This document shows positions 52,540-63,849 of a DNA stretch of 64,000 bases, piece after piece. The first letter of the stretch is position 1, and every line of letters begins with the position of its first letter. The position numbers and the translations under genes are program-made. A model generated the notes under the pieces. The model was not told the origin of the DNA. It saw nothing but the letters and a program-made list of their open reading frames with translations, and did no database searches. Origin of the DNA: Callorhinchus milii (taxonomy: Eukaryota); NCBI RefSeq assembly GCF_018977255.1, contig NW_024704761.1:6946001-7010000 (forward strand). Reading direction: 5' to 3'.

Positions 52540-52870
52540 ACCACTCCCTAAGGCACACAGTTGGCAACTCACTCCCAACTGGAAACCTCCCCTGCCCCAC
52601 AACTCATTCTTTTCTACCAATTAGCCATTTAGCAATCTAGCTGAATACACTGCCATCTGTCCCATGGGCCAGAGTTGTCTCAATTGAGGAACAATGTCAA
52701 GTACCTTTCTGAAATCCAAGTTACAAAAAATAATCCTCCTTTTCAAACCCTTATCTACTTAGTTTGTAACTTCCCTCAAAGAAATCCAGTAACTGTGACA
52801 ATCTTTTGATTGTCACAGTTACTTCCCCCAAAGCCGCACTGGCTGGTTGATTAGCTTGTTCAGTCAAGTT
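52540..52870 (-). mobile_element. Degraded CR1 reverse-transcriptase fragment
   Basis: Minus-strand remnants NQPVRL/QCGF, LLDFFE and LDFRKVLDIVP resemble the CR1 RT motif QHGF...LLEFFE...YLDFQKAFDxVP. Confidence 0.75.
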
Positions 52871-52889
52871 GATCTCTTTTATCATACCC

Positions 52890-53095
52890 CATAATAATCC
52901 TTAAATTTGATGTAGAGCCCAATAACATGAAAGCACCTCAAGCAATTGATGTCAAGTCTAGCGAGTCTATTTGTAGGCAAATGCACCAGCCAATTTGTGC
53001 ACTGCAACCACCATTCAGTCGTGGAAGTGAATGATCAATTTATCTGGAGGATTCTTGACCAGGATACCAGGAGACACTCCCGGCCCTTTACCAAC
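52890..53095 (-). mobile_element. Older Deu-SINE 3' half
   Basis: cagccaatttgtgcac...gaagtgaatgatcaatttatctggaggattcttgaccaggataccagg. Similar to 51072-51250. Confidence 0.75.
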
Positions 53096-54539
53096 AGTGG
53101 CTGTTATTGCTGTGCATAACTTATATTTTTATTACTGTTACTTGTGGAAAAAAAAGCAATCGGTTTAAAAGTCAACCAGCTTCTAGTAAGCAATCCTCTT
53201 GTTGGGAAGGGGTTAATGTTATCGTTGTACGTAGTGGGACTAATTATTGTGCTCGTGGATAAAGACAAATGGCAAAGAAACAAATTCAACCTTCCAACTT
53301 ATCTTGGCTTCACACTAAGACGTTTACTCTTCCCCATCCACTGCAAAGTCATGTACTTGGAACAAGTTAGCTTTGAGGATGAGGATCACGGGGACCATTA
53401 CGTTGCAGAACTGCTTCCCAAGTCCTAACCCAGTTGTCCTAACCCAGCATCAATTCCCACCCCTAACAGGAACAGCCTGTATAGTATCTATTTTTAAAAA
53501 ATTGCTGATAAAATTGATGTGAGGCTTTAATGTGCTGCAATTTACTGCTACACTTTTATATCCTTTTTGTAGTTTGTGTATTGATTTTCTTAGATTTGAT
53601 TTTTTTCAAAAAAAACATTCAGTCTTTTCTTTGCAAATCACATTAGACTGTGATTAACATCGAGAGGATGTCTCAAAGGGCTTGAATCTATCTGGCTATA
53701 TTTCTATCAGTTCATTTCTGACTCTATGGCGATCATCTTTTGGTAAAGATGGTTCATGAAGTGGCCTCAGTACTTCCTATAGACCTGACTGGTGCATTCT
53801 GCCTACATTACAACACTTCACTTCAGCATAACTTCAGAGTAACTTTGTTAAGTTTCAGTTGTGACAAAATTGAGGTATCCCTATAACACATAGTTGTGTT
53901 TTTAAACTATGTACGATAATTAAGGAAGGGAATGCATTTAAGACACATATACTGTTTTAAGACACTGTTTTGACACATATACCAAGTTGCATTTTTTTTC
54001 AATTTAATTTGGACTTGGAGTGGTTAATAGAAATCTGGCTTCTCATTACAAGTCGCTCTCTCTCCAGCACAAGATCTCCTTTCACTTTGCGTATCATTTG
54101 AAGACATTTGGCTCTTTTCCCGATCCCTATTCTTTCCTGATATGTTAGCCCTTTGTCTTATCACCCTGGTTAATGTTACATTAAGGGCCATTTTTCTCAA
54201 TGATTGTACTTGTTGTACCAATTAGAAGGCTCAGTTGGGGACACGTTGGCCAAATTACCTGGCAGCTGCCAAATTCTGCCCATTATTTTCTGGAAGGAGG
54301 TGTGTTTAGCAATTGAGTTCTTGGCCAAGGTATCTTCCCCTGGAAAAAAAAGCACAACAGTCAAGGAGAAGGAATTCCTCTGTAATTGCAAACAGACTAT
54401 TGGAGCAAAAGGGGAAATAAACCCAGATGGAATTAGATAAAGTTGAAGATAAAAAGAGAGTTCAGTGGCGGAAACGCAGCAAAATGTAACTTCTGAAAGA
54501 AAGAACGTTTCCCATGTTCAATGTAACAACACAAATACA

Positions 54540-54765
54540 ACGTAAATTTACATTTACATAAAGTGCCTTTCTCGGCGGGAGTGCGTCACAAGCCATTTGA
54601 CGGTCCTGGCTTGGTATCCAAGCTGAGGGGGTGGGAGCCAAGGGGAGGGGAAAGATGACTGAAGGTGTGGTCAAAGAGGAAGGTCTTGAAACAGACCTTG
54701 AAAGGAGTGAGGGAAGGGGCCAGTCGGAGGGATTTCGGCATGAATTTCCAGAGAGTAGGGGTGAA
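54540..54765 (-). mobile_element. L2 3' fragment
   Basis: Minus strand PTLWKFMPKSLRLAPSLTPFKVCFKTFLFD (L2 ORF2 end), then C-rich UTR and tail. Confidence 0.8.
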
Positions 54766-56329
54766 GTACGAGTCCATCCCCCCCACACCCCACCCCACAG
54801 CTCGGGTCCAATTCTTGACAGTCCAGCGCTTTTTGAACGTACTTCCGACATGACAGGAGCTATATAAATACAATTTGTGGTTACGAGCAAACAGAACATT
54901 GATTACAGGCCAGATCACTGGGAAGACAATTATACTTGTCGGCAATGGCAGGGAAGAATGGATAGTGTTGAAGCTTACCACTCTAATTCTGTGTCGCCCC
55001 TTTTCACTACTGTATCACATGGCTCCCCTTGAGGAATGGCATTTGTCATGGTTTTTGCTTTACTTCTTTAAACTTTAAGATCGTGCAGAATTTTGGGGGG
55101 GGGGAATTTTTAAACATTCCCTCTTATAATTTGGGAAGCCAGATTCCCAGAGTTCTCTGGCATGGAATTTCAATGTAAAATTGCTTCTGCGAACCTCCGC
55201 ATTATCTTCTGGACAAGATAATTCAAGAAAACGAGCCCCGGTGTTTCTTTCACCAGGGTGGAAATCTGCATTGTTTTTAAATGGACAGCAACTCAAATTG
55301 AAGTCAGAACTCTGAACAAATATAGATTTTGCCTTTTCAATTTGTCTCAGATGCCTTTTTGAAATGATCTAAGCGAGGAGGTGGGGGGAGGATTGGAGTT
55401 GGGCTAAGTTTTTACATATCGTATCGGTTTCAGTAAGGCTTTCCTTCCAGCAGTTGGATCGTGGCTCTGATCTTAAGAAACATGGGCCAGTTTGGATCAT
55501 GATGTACCAAGCATCTGAACTGCCCATTGCTGTTCATAATCATTTGTTATATACATCTTTGTCTGAGTGAAAGAATTGAGCCTGGAACTCGCTATCACCG
55601 GGGAAATGTTCATTTTATTCTTAGAAACGAAAGATTCCTCAGATCTGAGTAGGAACTATTAAAATTTTAAAATTCAAGACCTCTGTCGGCTTGTGGCCGG
55701 CTGATCATTCAGTGCTGAATTCCCACGTGTGAATTGCCTTACTTTTTTTTTGCGCCTGCATAAATGATCGCTCCTCTGGGCCATCAAAATATTCTTTGCT
55801 TCCAACAGAATACGTGCCTGTTTATTCAGTATCCTGTCTGTTGATCAATATTAGTTACAAAATATGTTCTATTTGGGGCCTCAAAAAACCTGCTGTGTGC
55901 TGTCCAGTGCTAAATTCTAAACTCCAAGGAAGGCCATGGTTGACTTAACTCTTAGAGAAATGAATGCCTCTTTTGCAGCTAGTGACAGACTCCTGTGTTT
56001 CCAAAGTCGGAAGTAAATTTTCAGAATTATATGAAGGACATCAACAGTCCCAGGCTACTATGTTCATTGCCTTAACTAAAGGTTAAGGTATTCTTTTATT
56101 TATACATGCTAATATATTTATAAACGTATAACACTGCTGTATTTATGAAGCATTACTCGGTGCTGATCAGTTGGGAGCATCAGTTCACTTGGTGTGTGAG
56201 ATGAATACTATTTTCTACAAGGTTGTCGGAGCTGCCTGTGTCATTGTATGTGGGCTGTGTGGATATTACTGTTCTTTCTTTACAGGAGAGCAACAATTCT
56301 GTGTAAACGTTAAAGGAACATTCAAGTTA

Positions 56330-56405
56330 ATTAGGAGGTCGCAGAGGTAGGCAAGAGCAAGGCCGTGGAGGACTTTGAAAGTGAGAACCAGGATCTTGAA
56401 TGTAA
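56330..56405 (-). mobile_element. L2 ORF2 fragment interrupted by a SINE
   Basis: Minus strand reads ITFKILVLTFKVLHGLA. Confidence 0.65.
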
Positions 56406-56407
56406 TT

Positions 56408-56696
56408 GTAGTGCAGTAGCTCAGTGGTTAGAGCACTCGCTTTGCAAGCGAGAGACCTGAGTTCGATTCCCAGCAGGGTGAAACCTTGGGAAAGTTTCCT
56501 TACTCCACCCGATAATAATCCCTCAAACAAAATGGGTCATTTCAATCCATAACTGTTTGTGGGACACTGCTGTGCGCAATTAGCTGCCGCATTTCACCCA
56601 CAAATATGCAGTCAATTCACTTTACAGTCTATTCTGTGAAACGTCTAGAAGACGTGAAAAGCACTATATCAAATGCAGGGATTATTATTATTATAA
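56408..56696 (+). mobile_element. Full-length tRNA-Ala SINE, short body with B-like tail (intermediate subfamily)
   Basis: gtagctcagtggttagagcactcgctttgcaagcgagagacctgagttcgattccc, short junction ccttactccacccgataataatcc, and tail acgtctagaagacgtgaaaagc. Confidence 0.9.
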
Positions 56697-57129
56697 TTTT
56701 GTTGTTGTTGGTGTTGTTGTTGAACTGCTTCCTCTGAATGATGGGGAGCTAATGGAACCGGGCAAGGTTGGGGGTGATAAGAGTTGCGGAGCTTGGTGCG
56801 GGAGAGGATACGGGCGAACAGGTCATTCCGCCAGAGTGAGGAATTTCCTACGACACAGACTACCGCTTCCTGAGAGGTCTACTGAGATATAAAGATCATC
56901 TCTCATTTGCATCGCTCCATCTTAACACTGCTTCCAATGGGGGCGGGATGATTTTGTTTGGGTGTGTGAAGGTGCTAACTGGATGGCATTACTACTCCAT
57001 TCTGACATTGACTCCTGTCTAAATGTATAACACATTTTCAAGAAAAGGAGCTTTTGAGTGATGCTAAAGGCTGGAATTGACAATAACAGCAGCATGGTTC
57101 TCTCCGTTGTCCCCCAGAGCTCGGTTGAG

Positions 57130-57410
57130 ATAAACACTGCCCAATGTCATACTGAGGAGTAAAGATTAGGGAGATCCCTGGTCCAGTCTTCAGTCTAAAG
57201 TCAGACACACTGGAGGCAGAATTGTCAGGCTTAGGAAGGCGAAACATCAGCCCGGGCTCTTACTCCTGATTGCTGTCCTGCTTGGAAGGATGTGGATGAT
57301 GAATGACAACAGCACTGAGCTTTGCCTGTGACTCCTCTCCTATCTCACACCAAACTTGCTTCGCCTGTTAACACTCATTGTCTGGGCTCAGATGTGAAAA
57401 GTAAGGTATT
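57130..57410 (+). mobile_element. Degraded SINE-like element of a different family
   Basis: gatccctggtc...atcagcccgggctcttactcctgattgctgtcc...acactcattgtctgggctca resembles a repeat recalled from shark genomes; unverified. Confidence 0.4.
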
Positions 57411-58435
57411 TGGTATCCCAGGTAGAAAATCACAGCCTTCGGGAGGTGAAAACACGGGAAGGGAAACAGCCGTAGATGAGGCTGTTACACACCATGAATG
57501 AAGAGGACAGCATTCTTTCACATTCCAGATAAGATCAAATTTGTGGTAATTGCACTATCCTTTCACAAAATGCAACTGATCACATGAGGGCTCCATTGGA
57601 ATCATTTGAACATTTGTGTTTGAATCCCATGGGAAATTTCTGAACCATTCCCAATGCAATGGATAAACCCTGACTGCAGTGGCCCCAAGACTTGTTTCTT
57701 CACAGTAGGGCATTCTCCTCACTGTAAAGCATTACTCTAGGAGCTGAGTGACAGATACTAGCAGGGGGGCAGCCAGCATGCCTATATATAGGCTGGTGTC
57801 ACACTGTCTGTCTACTCGCACTGCACTATCTGTAGTGATACTGCTATGAAACTCACCCGGGGGAAGAGGAAGGAGGTTTTAGTGCGCGATGTGATTAGAT
57901 AACTTCAAAGCTAACTTAACTTAGCTAATTAACTTCAAAATTGTTTTCAATCAAAAGAGTTAAGATTGTAAAACACAATGGGTCTTCGCGGATGGTCAAG
58001 GGACAGATTAATTTTCGCTTTTGATCCTGAAATATAAACAGAAAGAAGTTGCATTTTTATACTGCCTTGAGGGAGTGTAATGCCTTATAGTGCTAAAGAG
58101 AGAGGGTGTTTCTCCTGGTGTCCTGACCAACAATCCCCCAGATACATCCATCACTCATCAACATTGCTCTATGAAAACCCTCAAATCACTTATCAAGGTA
58201 TCTTATCCTGGGGCAACGAGGCTATCTTTGCTCTGTGTTTGGTTCTCATTATAATTCCAGAATCTGCAGCAAACGTCTTGTATTTCACCATGTTTTGCAA
58301 CACAACTTGCCTATTGAAAGGTTTCATTTAATTTAGGAGAAAATTCAGACGCAGCAGAACAATTTACAGCACAAGTGCAATTATTTCCATTGTGCAGTCA
58401 TTATTTCCTGTGCAGATATCCAGTGCCCGTGTCTA

Positions 58436-58706
58436 TAATAATAATCCTTGCCTTTGATATTATACCTATAATGTCAAAACATCTCCAAGCGCTTTACAGA
58501 TAATTGAGGCCAAGTGTGTGACTGTGTATTTGTAGGCGGAAGTGGCAGTCAATTTGTGCCAGGGTTGTTGAGCCAGACCCCAGGTGAGGGTTGGGGGTGT
58601 TGGGGGGGAGAGGAGAAATCCCTTCTCTTTTCGAATAGCGTAATGTGCACTTTAATGTCTCTCCTGGACAGGCAGATGGGACCTCAGTTTAAAGCATCAT
58701 CTGACA
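58436..58706 (-). mobile_element. Older Deu-domain SINE
   Basis: Tail, ggcagtcaatttgtgc, and ctggacaggcagatgggacctcagtttaaagcatcatctga. Confidence 0.75.
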
Positions 58707-59489
58707 GCATCAAAGCTGCAGTTTACATTGAACAACCATGTTATGAATGAAGTTGAGAATGCACTTTCCATTTGGCTCTGGCTTTTGTCACTATGAAGAA
58801 TCATCCGTTCTAGGCAGTTGTAGAAACTCCATTATTAGGACATAAATAGTGTCTGTTTTAGGGGGACTCCTACACTCTTTCTTGTGGATATGTTGTGACT
58901 GCCATATTCTTAACATTAAACAATCAGCTTTTATTTTATATTCCCCCATTTGTATGGCCAGCGCTATCCTAGCTGTGACTCATGCGATCAGATAGTTAGA
59001 TTATTCTTTCTCAAATGAGAATTTTTCACAGCGCAATTTTCACAAGCGTTTTGTGGTTGAAAGAGGCGAGTGCCAGGCTTGGCTTTGACTAAGACATGCT
59101 CGCTTTGGCTGGGTGAGTTTTGGTGTGTTTATCACTGTGCCTGAGTTGCTAGGTGGAATCACGACAATCACTCAACAGAATAAAGAACATGCTGCCTTGG
59201 GACAGGACACATAGACATCATCTGCCTCAGCTTGCTTCAGTGTTGTCTGTTGCTGGAGCTCCATTTAAAACAACGTGATATGTCATTCGTTATATGAACG
59301 CAAGTTGTCAATGTTGCTGTGATTGTCCACTGTTGAACTTCCCAGCCGTGGCTAGATTGGTGATGAAGAGCAGTCAGCAAAAGGGGAACGAGAGATAATT
59401 TTGAAGCTTTTCATGCTTTGAAAGCAGTGTAACATTATGTTACTGCAGCTCTTCAAAGATGTAATCTTCTGTGACAATTACATACCCTA

Positions 59490-59640
59490 GTTAATCGGGG
59501 TAAGGGAAGGTGGAGGGCAGGGAGGGTAGGGGGGTGGCCGAACACACGGTCGAAGAGGAGGGTCTTGAGATGAGTCTTGAAAGAAACAAGGGAGAGAGCA
59601 AGGCGAAGGGAATGTCATGAATGGCTTTGCACAGTTAACT
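59490..59640 (-). mobile_element. L2 3' fragment
   Basis: Minus strand ttcaagactcatctcaagacccccctcttcgacc (FKTHLKTxLFD-like). Confidence 0.55.
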
Positions 59641-59684
59641 GATCTGGGTTGAGGCAGCAGTGGGGGTGGTGTAATTGGCAATGC

Positions 59685-59785
59685 CTTTATTATTTTAAAA
59701 CCTCAATCAGATCACCCCTCAACCTTATAAACTCAGGGGAATAGAGACCAAGTTTATAAAATAATTTAACCCTTTAAGCCCACGT
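59685..59785 (-). mobile_element. CR1 ORF2 fragment
   Basis: Minus strand GLKGLNY...LGLYSPEFIRLRGDLIEVLK, with frameshifts. Confidence 0.7.
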
Positions 59786-60791
59786 GGGTGAGATACTAGA
59801 AGCCACCTGGCTCCAGTGGAGTTGTGCTCCCAGTGCAGTGAGAGAACATCGGCAAAAAAAAATGAGCAGCCTTTGGAAGAATCTTGTGGTTTTTACTCAT
59901 TCGCCTATGAGGCAAGCAGCCCAGCGTTCCCCAAAACTTGTCCAAACCGGTTTTGGTCCAAACTTGGCAGCTCTATATCTAGTCCGTGTGATTTACGATG
60001 TCATGTCATTACCACAAATGCAGTACATTCCTTTTTGTTCCTCTTGCGCTCTTTGTGCGAAACAATGAGTTATGAAGATTGTAAAGTTTTAGTGTTGACG
60101 ACCTCAACGCTTTGAAGGACGGCGTGCCTTTTGTTTTGATCTCCGCAGCCCAAAGTTTTTTCAAACTATCCGAAAGCGATCGGCCGATATTTTAAAAAGT
60201 ATAACAAATGTATTTCGCTTCCGCTGAGCGGGTAATTTTTCACTGCCCAGTTGTCCTGATAATTTACTACAGTGAAATTACCCTCATCGGCTCTGAATAG
60301 TGAGAACAAGACACAGGCAAACGGATCCTCATCAGCAGCTGGCTTCCTGCACTGAGAAGGTTATTTTTTCCCCTCTCAGCCACCCCCACCCCACCACCCC
60401 CACCCCCACACTCCTCCCCCCAAATTTCAAACTAGTAGTTTCATTGTGAAGACAATCTTTGTTTGCAGCCATTAAAACTGAGCCTTTATGAGGAGGTTTT
60501 ATTGACTTGCTGCCAGAGGCGGTAAAGTGGATGGAGTAAAAAGCCACCATCAAGTTTGCTGTCCTCTAATGGGAAGCCAGGAAAGCATAAGTTAAGGGAG
60601 CTGTGTCAGGGAAGTCAACCACTCATCATTTCAAAGGATTGTCACACGATATAGCAATAGCAACCAACGCCACATACTTCACATTGGAATGGAGAATGTG
60701 GAGCAAATCTAAATTGAGGCAATAGTCCAATGTTTTAAGTAGCTGGAAGTCCCTTATTAGTATAAAGCGTACTGAGACTCTGCTGACAAGG

Positions 60792-61000
60792 TAATCATCC
60801 CTTAAAAAAACAATAATAATTTGGTCACTCAATCCACCATTGTTTGTGGGACGCTGCTGTGCCCAATTGGCTGCCGCATTTCGCCCACAAAATATACAGT
60901 CAATTTACTTTACAATGTATCCTGTGAAGCGCTTTGAGACGTCTCGAACACGTGATAAGGCGCTGTATCAAATGCAAGGATTATTATTAGTATTAATATT
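60792..61000 (+). mobile_element. SINE, 5'-truncated (B tail)
   Basis: gggacgctgctgtgcccaattggctgccgc...gagacgtctcgaacacgtgataaggcgctgtatc. Confidence 0.9.
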
Positions 61001-61214
61001 ATTGGAGCAGATTTCTCGCAGGTCGAGGTGACAAGACCTTTTTTATGCCATGGGGATTCCTTATTAAGAAAAACTACAAATTTTACCCAAACGTTCAGAA
61101 ATCAGCCACTTTCCAATTTTTTCACAAACGTATTCTGCTTTTACTTTTAACAACTCCGTTTCGATTTTGGCTTCTTTAACATTGAGTTAGGAATGTACTT
61201 GGAATGTCTTACTC

Positions 61215-61440
61215 CTACACTCAGGACCTGGGGTGAGATGAGCCAAGTGTTGCTGGAGTGTGGGAGGGAGTGGAGAGAAGACGTGCTCAACATGGAGGTG
61301 AGCAGCGCAGCCTGCCAAAACTTGGGGAAGATGCAGCCAAAATGTGTCAAAACTGCCGCTCTCAGCGGTAGGACCTGACAAGATGCTGGGAAGAAGTTGC
61401 TCGATTGAAAGAGATGGTAAGTTAGGAGCTTTGGTCACAT
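61215..61440 (-). mobile_element. Degraded L2-like ORF2 fragment
   Basis: Weak resemblance (VTKA...L.PS.LS...AE) to L2 ORF2. Confidence 0.35.
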
Positions 61441-61442
61441 GT

Positions 61443-62134
61443 GGAGTCTTATAGCTTAATGGATAGAGCACTCGCCTCGCAAACGAGAGGACTTGGGTTT
61501 CATTCCCAGACAGGGCGAAATGTTGGGCAAGTTTTCTTATTCCACACGCCTCTGTTTACCTAGCAGTAAATAGGAACCCGTTGTTAGTCGATTGACGGAT
61601 CGCTTTTCCGGGAGTAATAATTCCTTCCTTAAAAAAAATAATAAATTGGTTCTCAATCCACGACTGTTTGGGGACACTGCTGTGCGCAATTGGCTACCGG
61701 GTTTTGCCACAAAATATACAGTCAATTCACTTGGAGTCCTGTAGCTCAGTGGTTAGAGCACTCGCTTTGCAAGCGAGAGACCTGAGTTCAATTCCAGGCA
61801 GAGGGCGAAACCTTGGGCAAGTTTCCTTACTCCACACACCTAATAATAATCCCTCCAAAACCAAAGACAATAATAAATTGGTCATTTTCAATCTACGACT
61901 GTTTGTGGGACATTGCTGTGCGCAATTGGCTGCCGCGTTCGCCTACAAATATACAGTCAATTCACTTTACAGTGTGTTTTGTGAAGCGCTTTGGGACGTC
62001 CTCCCGACGTGAAAAGCGCTATATCAAATGCAAGGATTATTATTATTATTATTATTATTATATTCTGAAAAGCGCTTTGAGACGTCTCGAAGACATGATA
62101 AGGCATTATTTTAAATGCAAGGATTATTATTATT
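61443..62134 (+). mobile_element. Long-subfamily SINE (61443-61732 + 62061-62134) hosting a nested young SINE
   Basis: Head ggagtcttatagcttaatgg, full CORE-like segment and Deu segment. Breaks at gtcaattcactt and resumes tattctg..aagcgctttgagacgtctcgaagacatgataagg. Confidence 0.9.
61733..62060 (+). mobile_element. Full-length young tRNA-Ala SINE (short, A tail), nested
   Basis: GGAGTCCTGTAGCTCAGTGGTTAGAGCACTCGCTTTGCAAGCGAGAGACCTGAGTTCAATTCC...gggacgtcctcccgacgtgaaaagcgc...(att)n. Confidence 0.95.
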
Positions 62135-62624
62135 GTTATATAAACATGAGGGAAAGTTTGAGCTGGAAAACCTCTCATGTTTGTGTTTTACATTCCTTTA
62201 CTCTGCTCCATTGACATGTGTCCAATGCTAATGGCCTGGTCAAGAATGCAGCTTCCTTCATTATTATGTGATTTAAATGGCTTTCCCCCATTAAAACTTG
62301 GTGCATAAAAAGATGTTAAATCAAATGCTACAACATAGCAGTATGTTGGAGGATGTGTTCACTATTGGTGTTTGCTCAGCAGAATGTACGTGGGTCTGTG
62401 TACGCAATTGAAGAAAGGCCAATATTTGTCCCTGTGCTTCCTAGGTTTTTCTTCTCCATTAGCTCCCTGTGAACGAGTGCTATCAGGTAACCGCTTTTCA
62501 GAGTCAAAAAAAGGATTTCACAGGCATTCGATCTCTGAGCTGCACTGAGTTGCTTGATGATGTGGTGGGAGGATGGTGGGATGGAATCAAATGGATCGAA
62601 TGCCTAATGGAACAAAGAATAATA

Positions 62625-62752
62625 ACTTGCGCTTTCGACCGCAAAATACACAGTCAATTCACTTTGCAGTGTAATCTGTGAAGCGCTTTGAGATGTCTCG
62701 CCGATCTGAAGGGGCTCTGTATCAATTGCAAGGCTTACGATTATGATTATTG
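62625..62752 (+). mobile_element. SINE 3' fragment
   Basis: aaaatacacagtcaattcactttgcagtgtaatctgtgaagcgctttgagatgtc. Confidence 0.8.
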
Positions 62753-62779
62753 ATATAGATGGCGGACATAGAGCAGGTG

Positions 62780-62925
62780 GAGGAAGTAGGTGAGAAAGTG
62801 AGCCTGGAGGAGACTGTTGAGGTCGGGTGGGGCAAAGACAGAGGCATTTGGAGGTCAGAATAAAGATCTTGAAATCAATCCTCCAGAAAGAGGGTTTGGT
62901 AGCTCTCTGTTTCCAGTGGGTCAAA
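62780..62925 (-). mobile_element. L2 ORF2 fragment
   Basis: Minus strand reads LTHW...RIDFKIFILTSKCL (cf. L2 LHWLP...RIDFKILLLTYK). Confidence 0.7.
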
Positions 62926-62954
62926 AAGTTATGCGTTTTAAACCTCAAATTGAG

Positions 62955-63262
62955 ACTTAGTCCAGGCTGACATTCCAGTACAGTGCTAGAAATGCCAGAT
63001 ATGCTTTCCTTCAGTTAAACCGAGGTCCAGTCTAACTGTTTCCTCATCAGCTGGACGTTAAAGATCTCGTGACATTATTTGAAAAGTGAAGCTCGTTTGT
63101 GCAACTGTCTTGTGGCACATCTTGAAGCTTGTACAAATTGGCTGCCCGCATTGCCTGCAAATACAGAGGCTACATTTGACAGCAATTTCCTGTGAAACGC
63201 TGGATAACGTTTGGATGTTATAAATACGATTTCAAACAAAAGAATGGTGTTATTATTATTAT
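62955..63262 (+). mobile_element. Older Deu-domain SINE
   Basis: aggctgacattccagtacagtgct...aaaccgaggtcc...ggacgttaaagatctcgtgac...aaattggctgcc, then the tail. Confidence 0.75.
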
Positions 63263-63849
63263 AAGAAGGGAGCACGGCTTTGAATCCAACCGATTCTGTA
63301 ACTGACCTGGGAATGCCAATCTAATTACGCTAACAGGATCGTTTCCCAAAAAGCTGTAAAAATGTTGCACCATTCAATCGATCTCATGAGGGATTTTGCT
63401 GAGAATTAAATACAACTTATTGTGGATCTAGGCAAAATGTGTTAAACCTAAATATTGTACGTGTTTGATAGCCAGTATTGGCGTTTGGTAAACATGAGGT
63501 AAGTGGGCACATCAAACAATGAAATGAATGACATAAACCAGGAGATGTTAGTCGTGTAACACATCAAAGCCGTGTGTGTGTTTGAGCAGGAGTCCGTGCA
63601 GTGCTAAACAGCTGTCACAGAAATGGATGTTCAAGGAGTTGGCAGCAACGAAAGCGAAGAAACAACGCCAAACCGTTCTCTGTTTTTACTGCTCAATAAA
63701 AAAAAAGTCCACACTACTCTTAGCGATTAAAGTTAATATTTGAAAGTAACCTTTTGGCCAGTGCAGAGGCACTTCGCGGAGCTATTAAAAGACAGACAGC
63801 ATGTTTGATTCGCTGAGTATTTCAGCCGCTTTCAAACGCAACTGGCTCC

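Noticed and set aside
53144..53428. 94-aa ORF with a hydrophobic stretch
   Set aside because: Non-ATG start, no recognisable homology and no supporting splice structure.
57757..57796. CTCF-like CTAGCAGGGGGGCAG and CArG-like CCTATATATAGG
   Set aside because: Spacing does not fit either consensus (one extra G; 8 rather than 6 A/T).
61733..61810. tRNA-Ala(TGC) genes (also at ~9760-9831, ~27860-27936, ~56408-56480)
   Set aside because: No acceptor stem and no Pol III terminator after the tRNA region; each runs directly into a SINE body.
61813..62214. Recurrent ORFs ending [12 protein letters not shown] or containing IIIILAFD
   Set aside because: These are translations of the SINE tail and (ATT)n microsatellite, not a gene family.
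62463..62486. Plus-strand micro-exon-like AG...GT segments (also ~24589-24616, ~46775-46790)
   Set aside because: Such pairs are expected by chance in 45 kb, with no coherent reading frame or homology.
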